Source: an uncultured Spirochaetota bacterium (GTDB lineage Bacteria; Spirochaetota; Spirochaetia; SZUA-6; Fen-1364). Taken from it: a stretch of DNA of 64,000 bases. The position numbers and the translations under genes were made by a program. The stretch covers positions 640,001 to 704,000 of the forward strand of contig CAVTHO010000005.1 in NCBI GenBank assembly GCA_963734545.1, read 5' to 3'. Positions 1-9,903 of this stretch are shown one piece after another. Positions within the stretch are counted from its first letter, which is position 1. Each line of letters starts with the position of its first letter. The notes beneath the pieces are model-generated. The model saw nothing but the letters and a program-made list of their open reading frames with translations. It was not told where the DNA came from and did no database searches.

Positions 1-2
1 CA

Positions 3-1794
3 CTGAGCATAGACGACAGAAAGATCGACGTCCCCGAGGGAACGAGCCTGCTGGAAGCGGCCCGGCAGGCCGGCGTGCAGGTGCCCAGTCTCTGCTACCT
101 GAAAAACGTGCAGGCCATCGGGTCCTGCAGGGTCTGCCTGGTGGAAGTGGAGGGAGCCAAGACGCTCATGGCCTCCTGCGTGACACCGGCAGCCCCGGGC
201 ATGAAGGTGCGCACCAACTCGGCCCGGGTGAGGGCCGCCCGGAGGAGCGTGGTGGAGCTGATCCTGTCGGACCACGAAGGGGACTGCCAGACCTGCGACA
301 GGAACGGCGATTGCGAGCTGCAGGCGGTTGCGCGGGACCTCGGGATCCGGGAGATCGCCTACGCCGGGGCCAAGAGCGCGCGAACCGTGGACGCGAGCAC
401 ACCGGCGCTCGTGCGCGACACGGGCAAGTGCATCCTCTGCCGGCGCTGCGTCACGGTATGCGGCCAGACGCAGGGGGTGGCGGCCATATTCCCGCAGAAG
501 CGCGGTTTCCAGTCCGTCATCGGCCCGGCATTCGCTTCGAACCTGTCGGACGTGGTGTGCGTGCAGTGCGGACAGTGCGCGGCGGTCTGCCCGGTGGGCG
601 CAATCAGCGAGGCGGATGAGATCGACAAGGTCTGGGCCGCGATAGACGATCCGAAGAAGACCGTGCTCGTGCAGACCGCTCCCGCCATCCGCGCCGCGCT
701 CGGCGAGTGCTTCGGCATGCCGGCGGGAACGCTCGTGACCGGAAAGATGGTCACCGCGCTGCGCCAGATGGGGTTCGACAGGGTGTTCGATACGAACTTC
801 ACCGCTGACCTGACAATCATGGAGGAGGGCACCGAGCTCCTGACCCGGCTGAAGAAGGCCCTGGTGGACGGGCAGCCGGTGCCTCTGCCGCTCTTCACGA
901 GCTGTTCGCCCGGGTGGATCAAGTACGCGGAGCACTTCTATCCGGAAATCCTTCCAGAAGATTTCCACCTGCAAGTCACCGCAGCAGATGTTCGGCGCCG
1001 TGGCCAAGACCTACTACGCGGAGAAAATCGGGAAGAAGCCGGAGGAGATCTTCGTGGTCTCGGTCATGCCCTGCACGGCCAAGAAGTACGAATCGCAGCG
1101 GCCCGAGATGACGGCCAGCGGCGTACGGGACGTGGACGTGGTCCTTACCACGCGCGAGCTGGCCCGGATGATCCAGCAGGCGGGCATCAGCTTTGCCGGT
1201 CTCCCCGATGGGAACATGGACAGCATCCTGGGCGCCTCATCGGGTGCGGCCGACATCTTCGCCAATACCGGCGGGGTCATGGAGGCCGCGCTGCGGACCG
1301 TGTACGAGATCGTGACGGGCCGCGAGCTTCCGTTCGCGAACCTGCACGTGACGCCGATCACCGGCCTCCAGGGAGTGAAGGAAGCCGCGGTGAAGATCGA
1401 GGGCACCGTGCCGGACTGGTCATTCCTGGAAGGGGTGACCGTGAAGGTCGCTGTTGCCCATGGCCTGGGCAATGCGCGGCTGCTCATCGAGAGGATCAAG
1501 GCAGCGGAGCAGCACGGCGTGGGCGCCGCGCAGGGACCCCTGTACCATTTCGTGGAAGTGATGACCTGTCCCGGCGGCTGCATCGGCGGCGGCGGACAAC
1601 CGCGGCTCACAACGGATGAGCTGCGCATGGCGCGCATACGCGCCATCTACAAGGAGGACGAAGGCAAGCCCATCCGCAAGTCCCACAACAACCCCGAGGT
1701 GGCGGCAATATACGAGCAGTACCTCAAGAAGCCGCTCGGGGAGAAATCGCACCACCTCCTGCACACCAGATACACGGGCCGGGCGCGCGTGTAG
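3..1794 (+). CDS. hydA: Catalytic [FeFe]-hydrogenase large subunit (group A, HndD/HydA-like); 5' end outside the window; 1-bp frameshift near 955
   Basis: N-terminal 2Fe-2S Cys (SLCY..SCRVC..ASC), HxxxCxxCxxxxxC and two CxxCxxC ferredoxin motifs. H-cluster motifs FTSCSPGW (ORF 75..1619), MPCTAKKYE and EVMTCPGGCIGGGGQP (ORF 988..1794). Small-subunit-like tail RKSHNNP..HHLLHT. Confidence 0.95.
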
Positions 1795-1821
1795 GGAGGA
1801 CGGGAAGGCGCGGGGGTCGGC

Positions 1822-3861
1822 ATGGGGATAGTCTCGACGATTCCCGAGAAATGCAGGCGATGCTACGCCTGCGTGCGCGAGTGCCCCGTGAAGGCCATCA
1901 AGGTCATCGCGGGCCAGGCCACCGTCATCGCCGAGCAATGTATTGCCTGCGGCAATTGCGTGAAGGTCTGCACGCAGAAGGCCAAGCGCATCGAGGATGC
2001 GACCATGCTCGTTGCGCGTCTGCTGGAAGGGGGCGAGAAAACGTTCGCCTGCATCGCCCCCTCGTTCCCGGTCGCCTTCGCCCAGGTGAGCCCTGAAAGG
2101 ATCGTCTCTTCCCTGCGCCGTCTCGGATTCTCCGAGGTGTGGGAAGTCGCTTTCGGCGCGGAGCTCATCAGCAGGGAATATGCCCAGAGGGCCCGGTACG
2201 CAATGAAGAACGGGCAGGCCGTGGTGAGCACACCGTGTCCTGCCATCGTGTCCTATGTGCAGAAGTACATGCCGGCGCTGCATGGCGCCCTGGTGAACGT
2301 CGTGTCGCCCATGATCGCCGTGGCGCGGGCAATCCGACACAGGTACGGGGCGGGGGTGAGGGTCGTATTCATCGGCCCCTGCATCGCGAAAAAAGCGGAG
2401 ATCAAGGACCCGTTCGTGCAGGGAACCGTCGACGCGGCGCTGACCTACGAGGAGCTGCTCGCCATGTTCGACGCGGCGGGCATCGACCCCGCGGCAGAGC
2501 CGCCCGGCGCATTCGACGGTCCCGCGGCGAACCTCGGCCGGTCTCTCCCCATCTCGGGCGGCCTGCTGCGCGCCGCGGGTTTCGATGCCGACATTCTGCA
2601 GAACAGCGTGCTCGTGACGGAGGGCAAGGACAGGGTCCTGCCCGCGCTGAAGGAGCTTGCGGAAGGCAAGAGCAAGGCCCGGGTGCTCGACGTGCTCTTC
2701 TGCGAGGGCTGCATCAACGGGCCGAAGATGACCAACTCGATGAGCGTCTTCGCGCGCAAGGAGATGCTCATCGATCACATCAACGAGCACACCCTCTCGA
2801 TGGCCGGACGCGACATGGCGGAGACCCTCGCGGAGTTCCTGCCTGTCGACCTGTCCCGGGACTTCTCCGAGCAGGCGGTTGCCCTGCCCCAGCCCTCGGA
2901 GGAGGAGATCGCCGAGGCGCTGCGCAGGATGCGCAAGTTCGGCCCCGAGGACCAGCTCAACTGCGGCTCCTGCGGGTACCCGAGCTGCCGGGAGAAAGCG
3001 GTTGCCGTCTGCCAGGGTTTTGCCGAGGTGGGCATGTGCCTTCCCTACCTGGTGGAGGAGCTGGAGAGCACGCTTTCCACCCTGCAGGCCTCCCACCAGG
3101 CCACGAAGGACAGGCTCGTGCAGACCGAGCGCCTTGCATCCATGGGCCAGATTTCCGCGGGGGTGGCGCACGAGATCAACAACCCGTTGTCCACGATCCT
3201 CCTGTACTCCCATCTCCTTCTCAAGGCGCACCGTGAGGGAGACTCCGAATCCGAAGACATCCAGATGATCGTGAACGAGGCCATACGGTGCCGCTCCATC
3301 ATGCGGGGCCTGCTGGATTTCGCGCGACAGTCCCGCGTGGTCAAGACCGCCACGGACCTGGGCCTCCTGGTCCAGGACCTCGTGGACTCCATGAACATGA
3401 AGCTGGGCAATGGCCCGGTCCGGGTGAAGGGCACGGTCGAAGAAGGCATGCCGAAAGTGTACCTGGACGCGGAGCAGGTCCGGCAGATGCTGGTCAATCT
3501 CGTGCAGAATGGAATTGATGCGATCGAGTCCCACGCCGCGGCCTGCGGCGGCGAAGTCACCATCAGCGCGGGTCTCTCCGAGAGCCGGGACCTGGCGGTG
3601 CTTCGCGTAAAGGACACCGGCTGCGGCATGCCGCCGGATGTCCTCAAGGAGATCTTCACGCCCTTCTATACGACGAAGCAGCTCGGCAAGGGCACCGGCA
3701 TGGGTCTCTCGATCGTGTATGGCGTGGTGAAGATGCATGCCGGGGACATATCTGTGGACAGCGAGGTGGGGAAGGGCACATCCTTCCTTGTACGGATCCC
3801 CATAGGCGAAAAAGCCAGGGAGGAAACGCATGAGCTCGGCAAAAACAGTGCTGCTGGTTGA
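1822..3861 (+). CDS. Sensory (group C) [FeFe]-hydrogenase fused to a histidine kinase
   Basis: 2x[4Fe-4S] N-terminus; altered H-cluster motifs STPCPAI, GPCIAKKAE, DVLFCEGCING; FeS domain NCGSCGYPSC..MC; H-box AHEINNPL; HATPase boxes NLVQNG, DTGCGM, GTGMGL. Confidence 0.92.
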   Translation: MGIVSTIPEKCRRCYACVRECPVKAIKVIAGQATVIAEQCIACGNCVKVCTQKAKRIEDATMLVARLLEGGEKTFACIAPSFPVAFAQVSPERIVSSLRRLGFSEVWEVAFGAELISREYAQRARYAMKNGQAVVSTPCPAIVSYVQKYMPALHGALVNVVSPMIAVARAIRHRYGAGVRVVFIGPCIAKKAEIKDPFVQGTVDAALTYEELLAMFDAAGIDPAAEPPGAFDGPAANLGRSLPISGGLLRAAGFDADILQNSVLVTEGKDRVLPALKELAEGKSKARVLDVLFCEGCINGPKMTNSMSVFARKEMLIDHINEHTLSMAGRDMAETLAEFLPVDLSRDFSEQAVALPQPSEEEIAEALRRMRKFGPEDQLNCGSCGYPSCREKAVAVCQGFAEVGMCLPYLVEELESTLSTLQASHQATKDRLVQTERLASMGQISAGVAHEINNPLSTILLYSHLLLKAHREGDSESEDIQMIVNEAIRCRSIMRGLLDFARQSRVVKTATDLGLLVQDLVDSMNMKLGNGPVRVKGTVEEGMPKVYLDAEQVRQMLVNLVQNGIDAIESHAAACGGEVTISAGLSESRDLAVLRVKDTGCGMPPDVLKEIFTPFYTTKQLGKGTGMGLSIVYGVVKMHAGDISVDSEVGKGTSFLVRIPIGEKAREETHELGKNSAAG

Positions 3862-4249
3862 TGACGACGCGGATTTCGTGGAGATGAACCGTGTCCTGCT
3901 GGAGGAGAACGGGTACACGGTGCGTGTCGCATTCAGCGGCAGGCAGTGCCTGGAGGAAGTGGCTGCCCGCAGGCCGGATCTCATCATCCTCGATATGGTG
4001 ATGGAGAATCCCAGCGACGGCTTCGACGTGTCCCGGGAGCTGCGAAACTCCGAGTATACCAAGGGCATCCCGCTCGTAATGATCACATCGGTAAACGACT
4101 CGATCCCGTTCCGCATCGAGCCGGACAAGACATGGCTGCCGGTGGACGCCCTCCTGGAAAAGCCGGTAGACCCGCAGCTCCTCCTTGCCGTCGTGGACAA
4201 GGCCTTGAAACCGGCCGGGGACCGCAGCCGTCCCGTCGGGGGCTCCTGA
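3830..4249 (+). CDS. Single-domain response regulator (REC)
   Basis: VDDD, LDMVM, ITS, EKP; overlaps the upstream kinase stop; SD GGAGG. Confidence 0.9.
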   Translation: MSSAKTVLLVDDDADFVEMNRVLLEENGYTVRVAFSGRQCLEEVAARRPDLIILDMVMENPSDGFDVSRELRNSEYTKGIPLVMITSVNDSIPFRIEPDKTWLPVDALLEKPVDPQLLLAVVDKALKPAGDRSRPVGGS

Positions 4250-4656
4250 TGGGCGATGCCGCGACGATTCTGCTCGTCGACGACGACAAGGATTTCCTGG
4301 AGCTGGAGCGGCGGATACTGGAGAGCCGCGGCTACCGGATTGTCTGCTTCTCGGACGCGCAGGCGGCCCTGGCCGCCCTGCACGCGGGCCCGCAGGCCGT
4401 CACGCCGGCGCTCGTCGTGACCGACCTCATGATGAAGGCCCTGGATTCCGGTTTCACGTTTGCGCGCGCGCTCAAGGCGGATCCGCGCACCGCAATGCTC
4501 CCCGTGATCATCGTTTCCGCGGTATCCAGCCAGAAGGGCTTCGACTTTCGGCCCCGGACCGCTGCTGACCTCGCGGCCATGGGCGCGGACGCGTTCTTCG
4601 ACAAGCCTGTCGCCCCCGAGGCGCTTCTGGACAAGGTGAAGGAGCTCCTGGGGTGA
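4249..4656 (+). CDS. Single-domain response regulator (REC)
   Basis: TGATG overlap at 4247-4251; VDDD, TDLMM, VSA, DKP. Confidence 0.9.
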   Translation: MGDAATILLVDDDKDFLELERRILESRGYRIVCFSDAQAALAALHAGPQAVTPALVVTDLMMKALDSGFTFARALKADPRTAMLPVIIVSAVSSQKGFDFRPRTAADLAAMGADAFFDKPVAPEALLDKVKELLG

Positions 4657-6188
4657 GTGAGCCGGGATCGGTGCCTCCCGTCCGAGCTCCGCAGTCCGCG
4701 CGCATTCTCGTGGTCGACGACGAGCTGGGAGTCCGTGAAGGCTGCCGGAAGATCCTTGCCGCGGAGGGCTACGAGGCGGTGACGGCGGGCGACGGCAAGG
4801 CGGGTCTCGAGCAGTTCCTGGAGCGGGGCCCGTTTGCCGCGCTCCTGGTGGACCTGCAAATGCCCCGGATGTCGGGCCTGGAGCTGATGCGGGAGGTGAG
4901 AAGCCGGGACCCTGACATCGTTCCCATCATCATCACGGCGCATGCCACCATCGACACCGCGGTGGAGGGCACGCGGCAGGGCGCGTACAGCTACATCCCT
5001 AAGCCTTTCACACCGGATGAGCTCCTGCTGGCGATCAAGAACGGCCTGGAGAGGCGGACGCTCACGCTCGAGGCGCGGCGCCTCCGGGAGGAGCGGGAGA
5101 AGCGCCTGCTGGAGCTCGCATCCGAGCGCTCGAAGAGCAACACCATCATTGCGGCCATGACAGACGGGATCCTGGTCATCAACACGGACAAGCTCGTCGT
5201 TCTGCGGAACAACGCCGCTGCCCGCATCCTCCCCGACTGCGCGAGCCGCGAGATCCCCTTCCCGCTGCACGCCATCACGAGCCCTGACGTGAGGGAAATC
5301 GTGAGCGTCGTCATCGACTCGCCGGGCGGGTTCATGATTCTCTCCCGCCAGATTCCACTCGGGCAGTCCACCTACATGGTGAATGTCAGTCCGGTCATCG
5401 AGCCGGGCGGCGAGACATCCGGCGCGGTGGCCGTGTTCAGTGACGTCACCGAGATGAAGAAGCTCGACACGGCCAAGTCGATGTTCGTCTCCCTGGTTGC
5501 GCACGAGGTGAAGAGCCCGCTGGCCGCCACCGAAGGGTGGCTGAACCTGATCCTGAGCGGCATGCTCAAGCAGGATGCGGCGGAGGAGCACCGGATGCTG
5601 CAGCGCGCCCTTCTGCGCGTCCGCACGCTGCGCACCATGGTGAACGAGCTTCTCAGCCTCACCGCCATCCAGACGGGCAATTTTTCCCTCAAGAGGGCAC
5701 CGGTGGAAGTGGCGGCGCTCGTGGCGGAAGTCGTGGAGGCCAATCGGGAGAAAGCGGCGGAAAAGAAGATCACCATTTCCCTGTCCGGCGGAGATCGAAG
5801 CGAAGCTCTTCCCGTCCTTGCCGACCGTGACACTCTCTCCATGGTCTACGCGAACCTCGTGGAGAACGCGATCAAGTATTCGGGAGAAGGCGGCCACATC
5901 CGGGTGAGCATTCGCGCGGCAGGCATGTACGTGACCGTGGCGGTGAGGGACGACGGCATCGGCATGTCCCCCGAAGATTGCGCGAAGGTGTTCGACGAGT
6001 TCTACCGCGCGCGCAACGAGCACACGGCCAGCATCCCGGGCACGGGGCTCGGCCTGAGCCTCGTGAAGCGCCTGACCGAGCTGCACGAGGGAACGGTCAC
6101 CGTCACCTCGACCCTTGGAGTGGGGAGCGAGTTCACGGTGAGCATTCCCGCGCTCGCGGATGCTTCGGATCCTGTTGCACGATCGTAA
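4653..6188 (+). CDS. REC-PAS-HisKA-HATPase histidine kinase with an N-terminal receiver
   Basis: VDDE..DLQMP..PKPF receiver; PAS-like MTDGILVIN; AHEVKSPL; NAIKY, DDGIG, GTGLGL. Confidence 0.92.
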   Translation: MSEPGSVPPVRAPQSARILVVDDELGVREGCRKILAAEGYEAVTAGDGKAGLEQFLERGPFAALLVDLQMPRMSGLELMREVRSRDPDIVPIIITAHATIDTAVEGTRQGAYSYIPKPFTPDELLLAIKNGLERRTLTLEARRLREEREKRLLELASERSKSNTIIAAMTDGILVINTDKLVVLRNNAAARILPDCASREIPFPLHAITSPDVREIVSVVIDSPGGFMILSRQIPLGQSTYMVNVSPVIEPGGETSGAVAVFSDVTEMKKLDTAKSMFVSLVAHEVKSPLAATEGWLNLILSGMLKQDAAEEHRMLQRALLRVRTLRTMVNELLSLTAIQTGNFSLKRAPVEVAALVAEVVEANREKAAEKKITISLSGGDRSEALPVLADRDTLSMVYANLVENAIKYSGEGGHIRVSIRAAGMYVTVAVRDDGIGMSPEDCAKVFDEFYRARNEHTASIPGTGLGLSLVKRLTELHEGTVTVTSTLGVGSEFTVSIPALADASDPVARS

Positions 6189-6202
6189 CGATTGCAGACA
6201 GC

Positions 6203-6952
6203 CTAGACGAACATCCTTACGGCGGACAGGAAAGTCAGTGACTGGACAGCGATCATGAATGCTTTTTCCGGGATGCCCCTGGCGAGAAGCAGACCGCCGA
6301 AAGCGCCCGCCACTACCGCCGGCGCCAGGACCGCGTCAAATGCGAGGGAAGGTGCCGTAATCAGGCCAAGGCTCATGCTGAAAGGCACCTTCAGCCAGTT
6401 GAGGATGAAGAAATACCATGCGGCGGTGCCGATAAACTCCTTTTTCGGCAGGCGCATGGAAAGCAGGTAGATCATGGTGACCGGGCCGGCAGCGTTTGCC
6501 ACCATCGTAGTGGCGCCTGCCAGGAAGCCCGCGATCGCGGCAAACCACCACGAGGTGGGGATCGGCGCGTCTCTGCCCAGGACGTATTCCCTGTACACGT
6601 TGACGCCCAGCATGACAATGACGATGGCTCCCATGACGTAACGCATCTGCTGGTCGTTGATCCTGCCCATGGCAAAGTAGCCTGCCACGATCCCCGCCAC
6701 TGCCCAGGGAAGCAGACGCACAAGATGCTTCCAGGAACCGTGGCGGCGCCAGAAAATCACGGCAAAAGCGTCGGCCACGATCAACAGGGGAAGGAGCGCG
6801 CCGGTAGAGGCGCGCGCGGGAAGGACCTCCGCAAAGAGCGGCGCCAGGAGGATGCTGAGCGCGGGTATTCCCGTCTTCGAGATCCCCACCATGAGCGATG
6901 TGACGCAGGCAAGAACCCATTTTCCTGCTGTCAGAGCATATATTCCGTGCAT
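6203..6952 (-). CDS. TauE/SafE (TSUP) family membrane permease
   Basis: Hydrophobic 249 aa; GISKTG, ANAAGP, FIGTAAWYF. Confidence 0.85.
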   Translation of the reverse strand: MHGIYALTAGKWVLACVTSLMVGISKTGIPALSILLAPLFAEVLPARASTGALLPLLIVADAFAVIFWRRHGSWKHLVRLLPWAVAGIVAGYFAMGRINDQQMRYVMGAIVIVMLGVNVYREYVLGRDAPIPTSWWFAAIAGFLAGATTMVANAAGPVTMIYLLSMRLPKKEFIGTAAWYFFILNWLKVPFSMSLGLITAPSLAFDAVLAPAVVAGAFGGLLLARGIPEKAFMIAVQSLTFLSAVRMFV

Positions 6953-7014
6953 GGTTTACCTGTGACAGACGCGACAGAGTATCCGGCCAGGCGCCCGAGG
7001 CAAGGGATCCGATA

Positions 7015-8559
7015 TCAGCCGGTTCTCGCCGGCACTCCAAGAAGCCGAAGATGCTTGTCCATGTGCGCTTCAACCGCGGCGTAATGGGTCTCTTCATTAC
7101 GCGCAAGGGTCGCGAAGAAACCTCCGCGGATTTCCGGATCATTCAACAGCCCGCCGTAGGTAATGTGGAGAAGCTGGCGCGAGTCGTTCGCCTCCATGTA
7201 TCGCTCCAGGTCGGAATCCGCGCAGGTCCGCGCATCCGGGATTGCACCGAGGTTTGTCGTGACATGATAGAGCTTTGTCGCTTCCTCGAAGCTCGCGAAA
7301 GCCTTGCCGAGCATCGCGCGGAAGAGTGCCGGGTTCGTCCGCGCAATGACCCGCACGGCCTCGAGCCAGCTCGTGCCGGCCGTTTTCAGATGCAGCCGCA
7401 TTCCCGTGTGCCGGCCGATGGCGGGGTAGACGCTGAACTTGTCGCTTCCCGAGTGGATGGAGATCTTGTAGCCGCCGTAGCGCCTGGCAATCGCGCAATG
7501 CACCTCGAACTGCCTCTCGAACTCCGCTGTGTCGCCGATGTAGTCGATTCCCTTCTGGAACTCCCCGATGAAACGAGGGGCAAGAGAGCTGACGGCAACA
7601 CCACGCCGGCCCAGCTCGCTCGCAATGAAGAAATGGTGGGCGGGAAGCGTCGGAGCGGTCGTCTCATCGATACTGATCTCCAGGTCGTAGCTGTCGCCGC
7701 GTTTTTCCTTCAGATGCCGGTCCACGTCCCGGGCAAAGTCCAGCGCGCGTCCGTACATCAGGGCGCAGCGTTCGGCCTCCGACGGCGCGAATGTGACCGT
7801 GGACCCTGAAAGCGCGAAGGACCTGCCGGCGTATTCATCCTGCACGTGCCGCCGGGTCCCTTTTTCGAGCTTCCCGAACTCGACGGCGATCCTGTCCTCG
7901 CTCCATGACGCGGGCTCGGGAGACATCACTTCCGTGAGATCGAGCGTGATCATGGGCATGCGCGCCGCCAACGCGACGTCGATGTCCCTGATCGTCTTCA
8001 GATGGTCCCCATCGGCGCCGTACCCCCGTTCATAGCCCTCCTGGAACACGAGGAATGTCGCGTCCGCTACAACGCCCGGGTAGTCGCGCCGGGTAAGCGT
8101 GAGCTCGCGGATCGACTGCTGGGCGAGCACGGGATACACGTCGTACTTCACCGCCGCGCGCACGTGGCCGGGGGTCGCGAGTCCCAGGCGGTCGCCGCAC
8201 CCGATCGTCGTTTTCCTGTCTCGAAGCGACACAGGCGCGGTGAACGGAAAGATCTCGTGCAGGCGCTCCGCGTTCTCCGGCGAAAGGTCCGCCTTCACCA
8301 TGTGCAGGCCGGCGCTCTGCGCGCGTGCGCCCCGGAACATCGTCGTGAGAGGTCGCGGAGATGCGAGGTACAGGTTCTTTTCCACTCCCGCGGCGGCGAC
8401 AAAATAGAGTGTCGAATCGCGCAGATACAGCGAGCGCCGGTAGATGCGCATGTCTCTGCTCCCGATCCATGGCGCGCCGGCAGCTTTCAGCGCATCGAGT
8501 CGTGCCGGGTCGATTTTGTCGAGCCCTGACGCGATGATCAAGTCCGCGATATTCTCCAT
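7015..8559 (-). CDS. uxaE: Tagaturonate/fructuronate epimerase
   Basis: GCGDRLG, AQQSIRE, GADGDHLK, EISIDET, HSGSDKF, HLKTAGTSWLEA; SD AGAGGAG before ATG 8559. Confidence 0.9.
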   Translation of the reverse strand: MENIADLIIASGLDKIDPARLDALKAAGAPWIGSRDMRIYRRSLYLRDSTLYFVAAAGVEKNLYLASPRPLTTMFRGARAQSAGLHMVKADLSPENAERLHEIFPFTAPVSLRDRKTTIGCGDRLGLATPGHVRAAVKYDVYPVLAQQSIRELTLTRRDYPGVVADATFLVFQEGYERGYGADGDHLKTIRDIDVALAARMPMITLDLTEVMSPEPASWSEDRIAVEFGKLEKGTRRHVQDEYAGRSFALSGSTVTFAPSEAERCALMYGRALDFARDVDRHLKEKRGDSYDLEISIDETTAPTLPAHHFFIASELGRRGVAVSSLAPRFIGEFQKGIDYIGDTAEFERQFEVHCAIARRYGGYKISIHSGSDKFSVYPAIGRHTGMRLHLKTAGTSWLEAVRVIARTNPALFRAMLGKAFASFEEATKLYHVTTNLGAIPDARTCADSDLERYMEANDSRQLLHITYGGLLNDPEIRGGFFATLARNEETHYAAVEAHMDKHLRLLGVPARTG

Positions 8560-8598
8560 GGGACTCCTCTGGTAGTATTCTGACATAGGGAGCGGAAC

Positions 8599-9873
8599 AT
8601 GATCTACTACGCGCGCGGCTCGGAGCGCGAGGTGATGACCGACGACATGCTGCGCGCCGGGCTTTCAGAGGCGCTGGGCAAGCTGGGGAAGAGAGTGCGC
8701 GTCCTTGCCGTGCCTCCCGACATCACCCGGTTTCATTCGCGCGCCGGGCGCATCACCGAAATGGTGAGTGATTACTACGGCGATGCGCTCTGCGACGTGC
8801 TGCCGGCAACCGGAACGCATTTCGCCCTTACCGAGGAGGAAAGACACAGGATGTTCGACCGGGTGCCCCCGCATCTGTTTCGGGTCCACCGGTGGAAGGA
8901 GAATCTCGTCACTCTCGGCCGCGTGCCCGCTGACCTCATCCGCAGGGTTTCCGAAGGAATGCTTTCCTTCGACTGGCCGGCCCAGGTGGACACTCTCCTG
9001 GCCCGGGGAGGACACGACCTCATCCTTTCCATAGGCCAGGTCGTGCCGCACGAGGTCATCGGCATGGCCGGTTACAACAAGAACATCCTGATCGGCACGG
9101 GCGGCGTCGAGGCGATTCACAAGAGCCACTACCTCGGCGCCGTCTACGGCATGGAGCGGATGATGGGCCGCACGGATACTCCTGTCCGCGCGGTGCTCGA
9201 CTATGCGGCGGACCACTTCACGAACAGCCTGCCCATCGTGTACGTGCAGACAGTGGTCGGCCGGGAAGAGGACGGCAGTCTTGCGCTGAAGGGGCTGTAC
9301 GTGGGAGACGACATCGAGGTCTACCGCCGGGCGGCCGCGTTATCCATCAGGGTGAACCTCACGCTGGTGGAAGAGCCCCTGGAAAAGGTCGTCGTGTACC
9401 TCGATCCCAATGAGTTCAAGAGCACCTGGCTGGGGAACAAGGCGATCTACCGCACCCGCATGGCCATTGCCGACAACGGTGAGATCGTGGTCCTTGCGCC
9501 GGGGGTTCGCCAGTTCGGGGAGGACCCGGGAATCGACGCGCTCATTCGGAAATACGGATACTTCACGACCCCGCGAGTCCTGGAGCTGGTGAAGGAGAAC
9601 GAGGACCTGAGAGAGAGCCTGGGCGTGGCGGCTCATCTCATTCACGGGTCCTCGGAGGAGCGCTTCACCGTCACGTATTGCCCGGCAGGGCTCACGAAGG
9701 AGGAGGTCGAGAAAGCAGGTTTTCGCTATGCTCCCCTCCAGGAAATGATGCAGCGCTACGATCCCGCCATTCTTCGCGACGGGTGGAACGACCTTCCCGG
9801 TGGAGAGCGCATCTACTATGTTTCAAACCCCGCCGTCGGGCTCTGGGCTTCCCGGGGCCGGTTCGCCGGCTAG
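8599..9873 (+). CDS. LarA-family (DUF2088) nickel-pincer alpha-hydroxy-acid epimerase, probably D-mannonate/D-gluconate 2-epimerase (GntE-like)
   Basis: LarA-type motifs PDITR, ATGTH, VPHE, GYNKN, KSH, GNKAI; lies between uxaE and gnd. Confidence 0.8.
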   Translation: MIYYARGSEREVMTDDMLRAGLSEALGKLGKRVRVLAVPPDITRFHSRAGRITEMVSDYYGDALCDVLPATGTHFALTEEERHRMFDRVPPHLFRVHRWKENLVTLGRVPADLIRRVSEGMLSFDWPAQVDTLLARGGHDLILSIGQVVPHEVIGMAGYNKNILIGTGGVEAIHKSHYLGAVYGMERMMGRTDTPVRAVLDYAADHFTNSLPIVYVQTVVGREEDGSLALKGLYVGDDIEVYRRAAALSIRVNLTLVEEPLEKVVVYLDPNEFKSTWLGNKAIYRTRMAIADNGEIVVLAPGVRQFGEDPGIDALIRKYGYFTTPRVLELVKENEDLRESLGVAAHLIHGSSEERFTVTYCPAGLTKEEVEKAGFRYAPLQEMMQRYDPAILRDGWNDLPGGERIYYVSNPAVGLWASRGRFAG

Positions 9874-9903
9874 ATGCGGCAGCGAGTCAGACAAGGAGAG
9901 ACC

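Noticed and set aside
950-965. Programmed frameshifting in hydA, gnd or the opp genes
   Set aside because: There is no consistent slippery site or structure, and indels are spread across unrelated genes, as expected for sequencing error.
1420-4383. Long antisense or alternate-frame ORFs (987 aa here; also 4332..6086, 9870..11486, 25900..27966, 36692..38635)
   Set aside because: These are shadows of real genes in high-GC DNA, with no motifs and Arg/Ala/His-rich composition.
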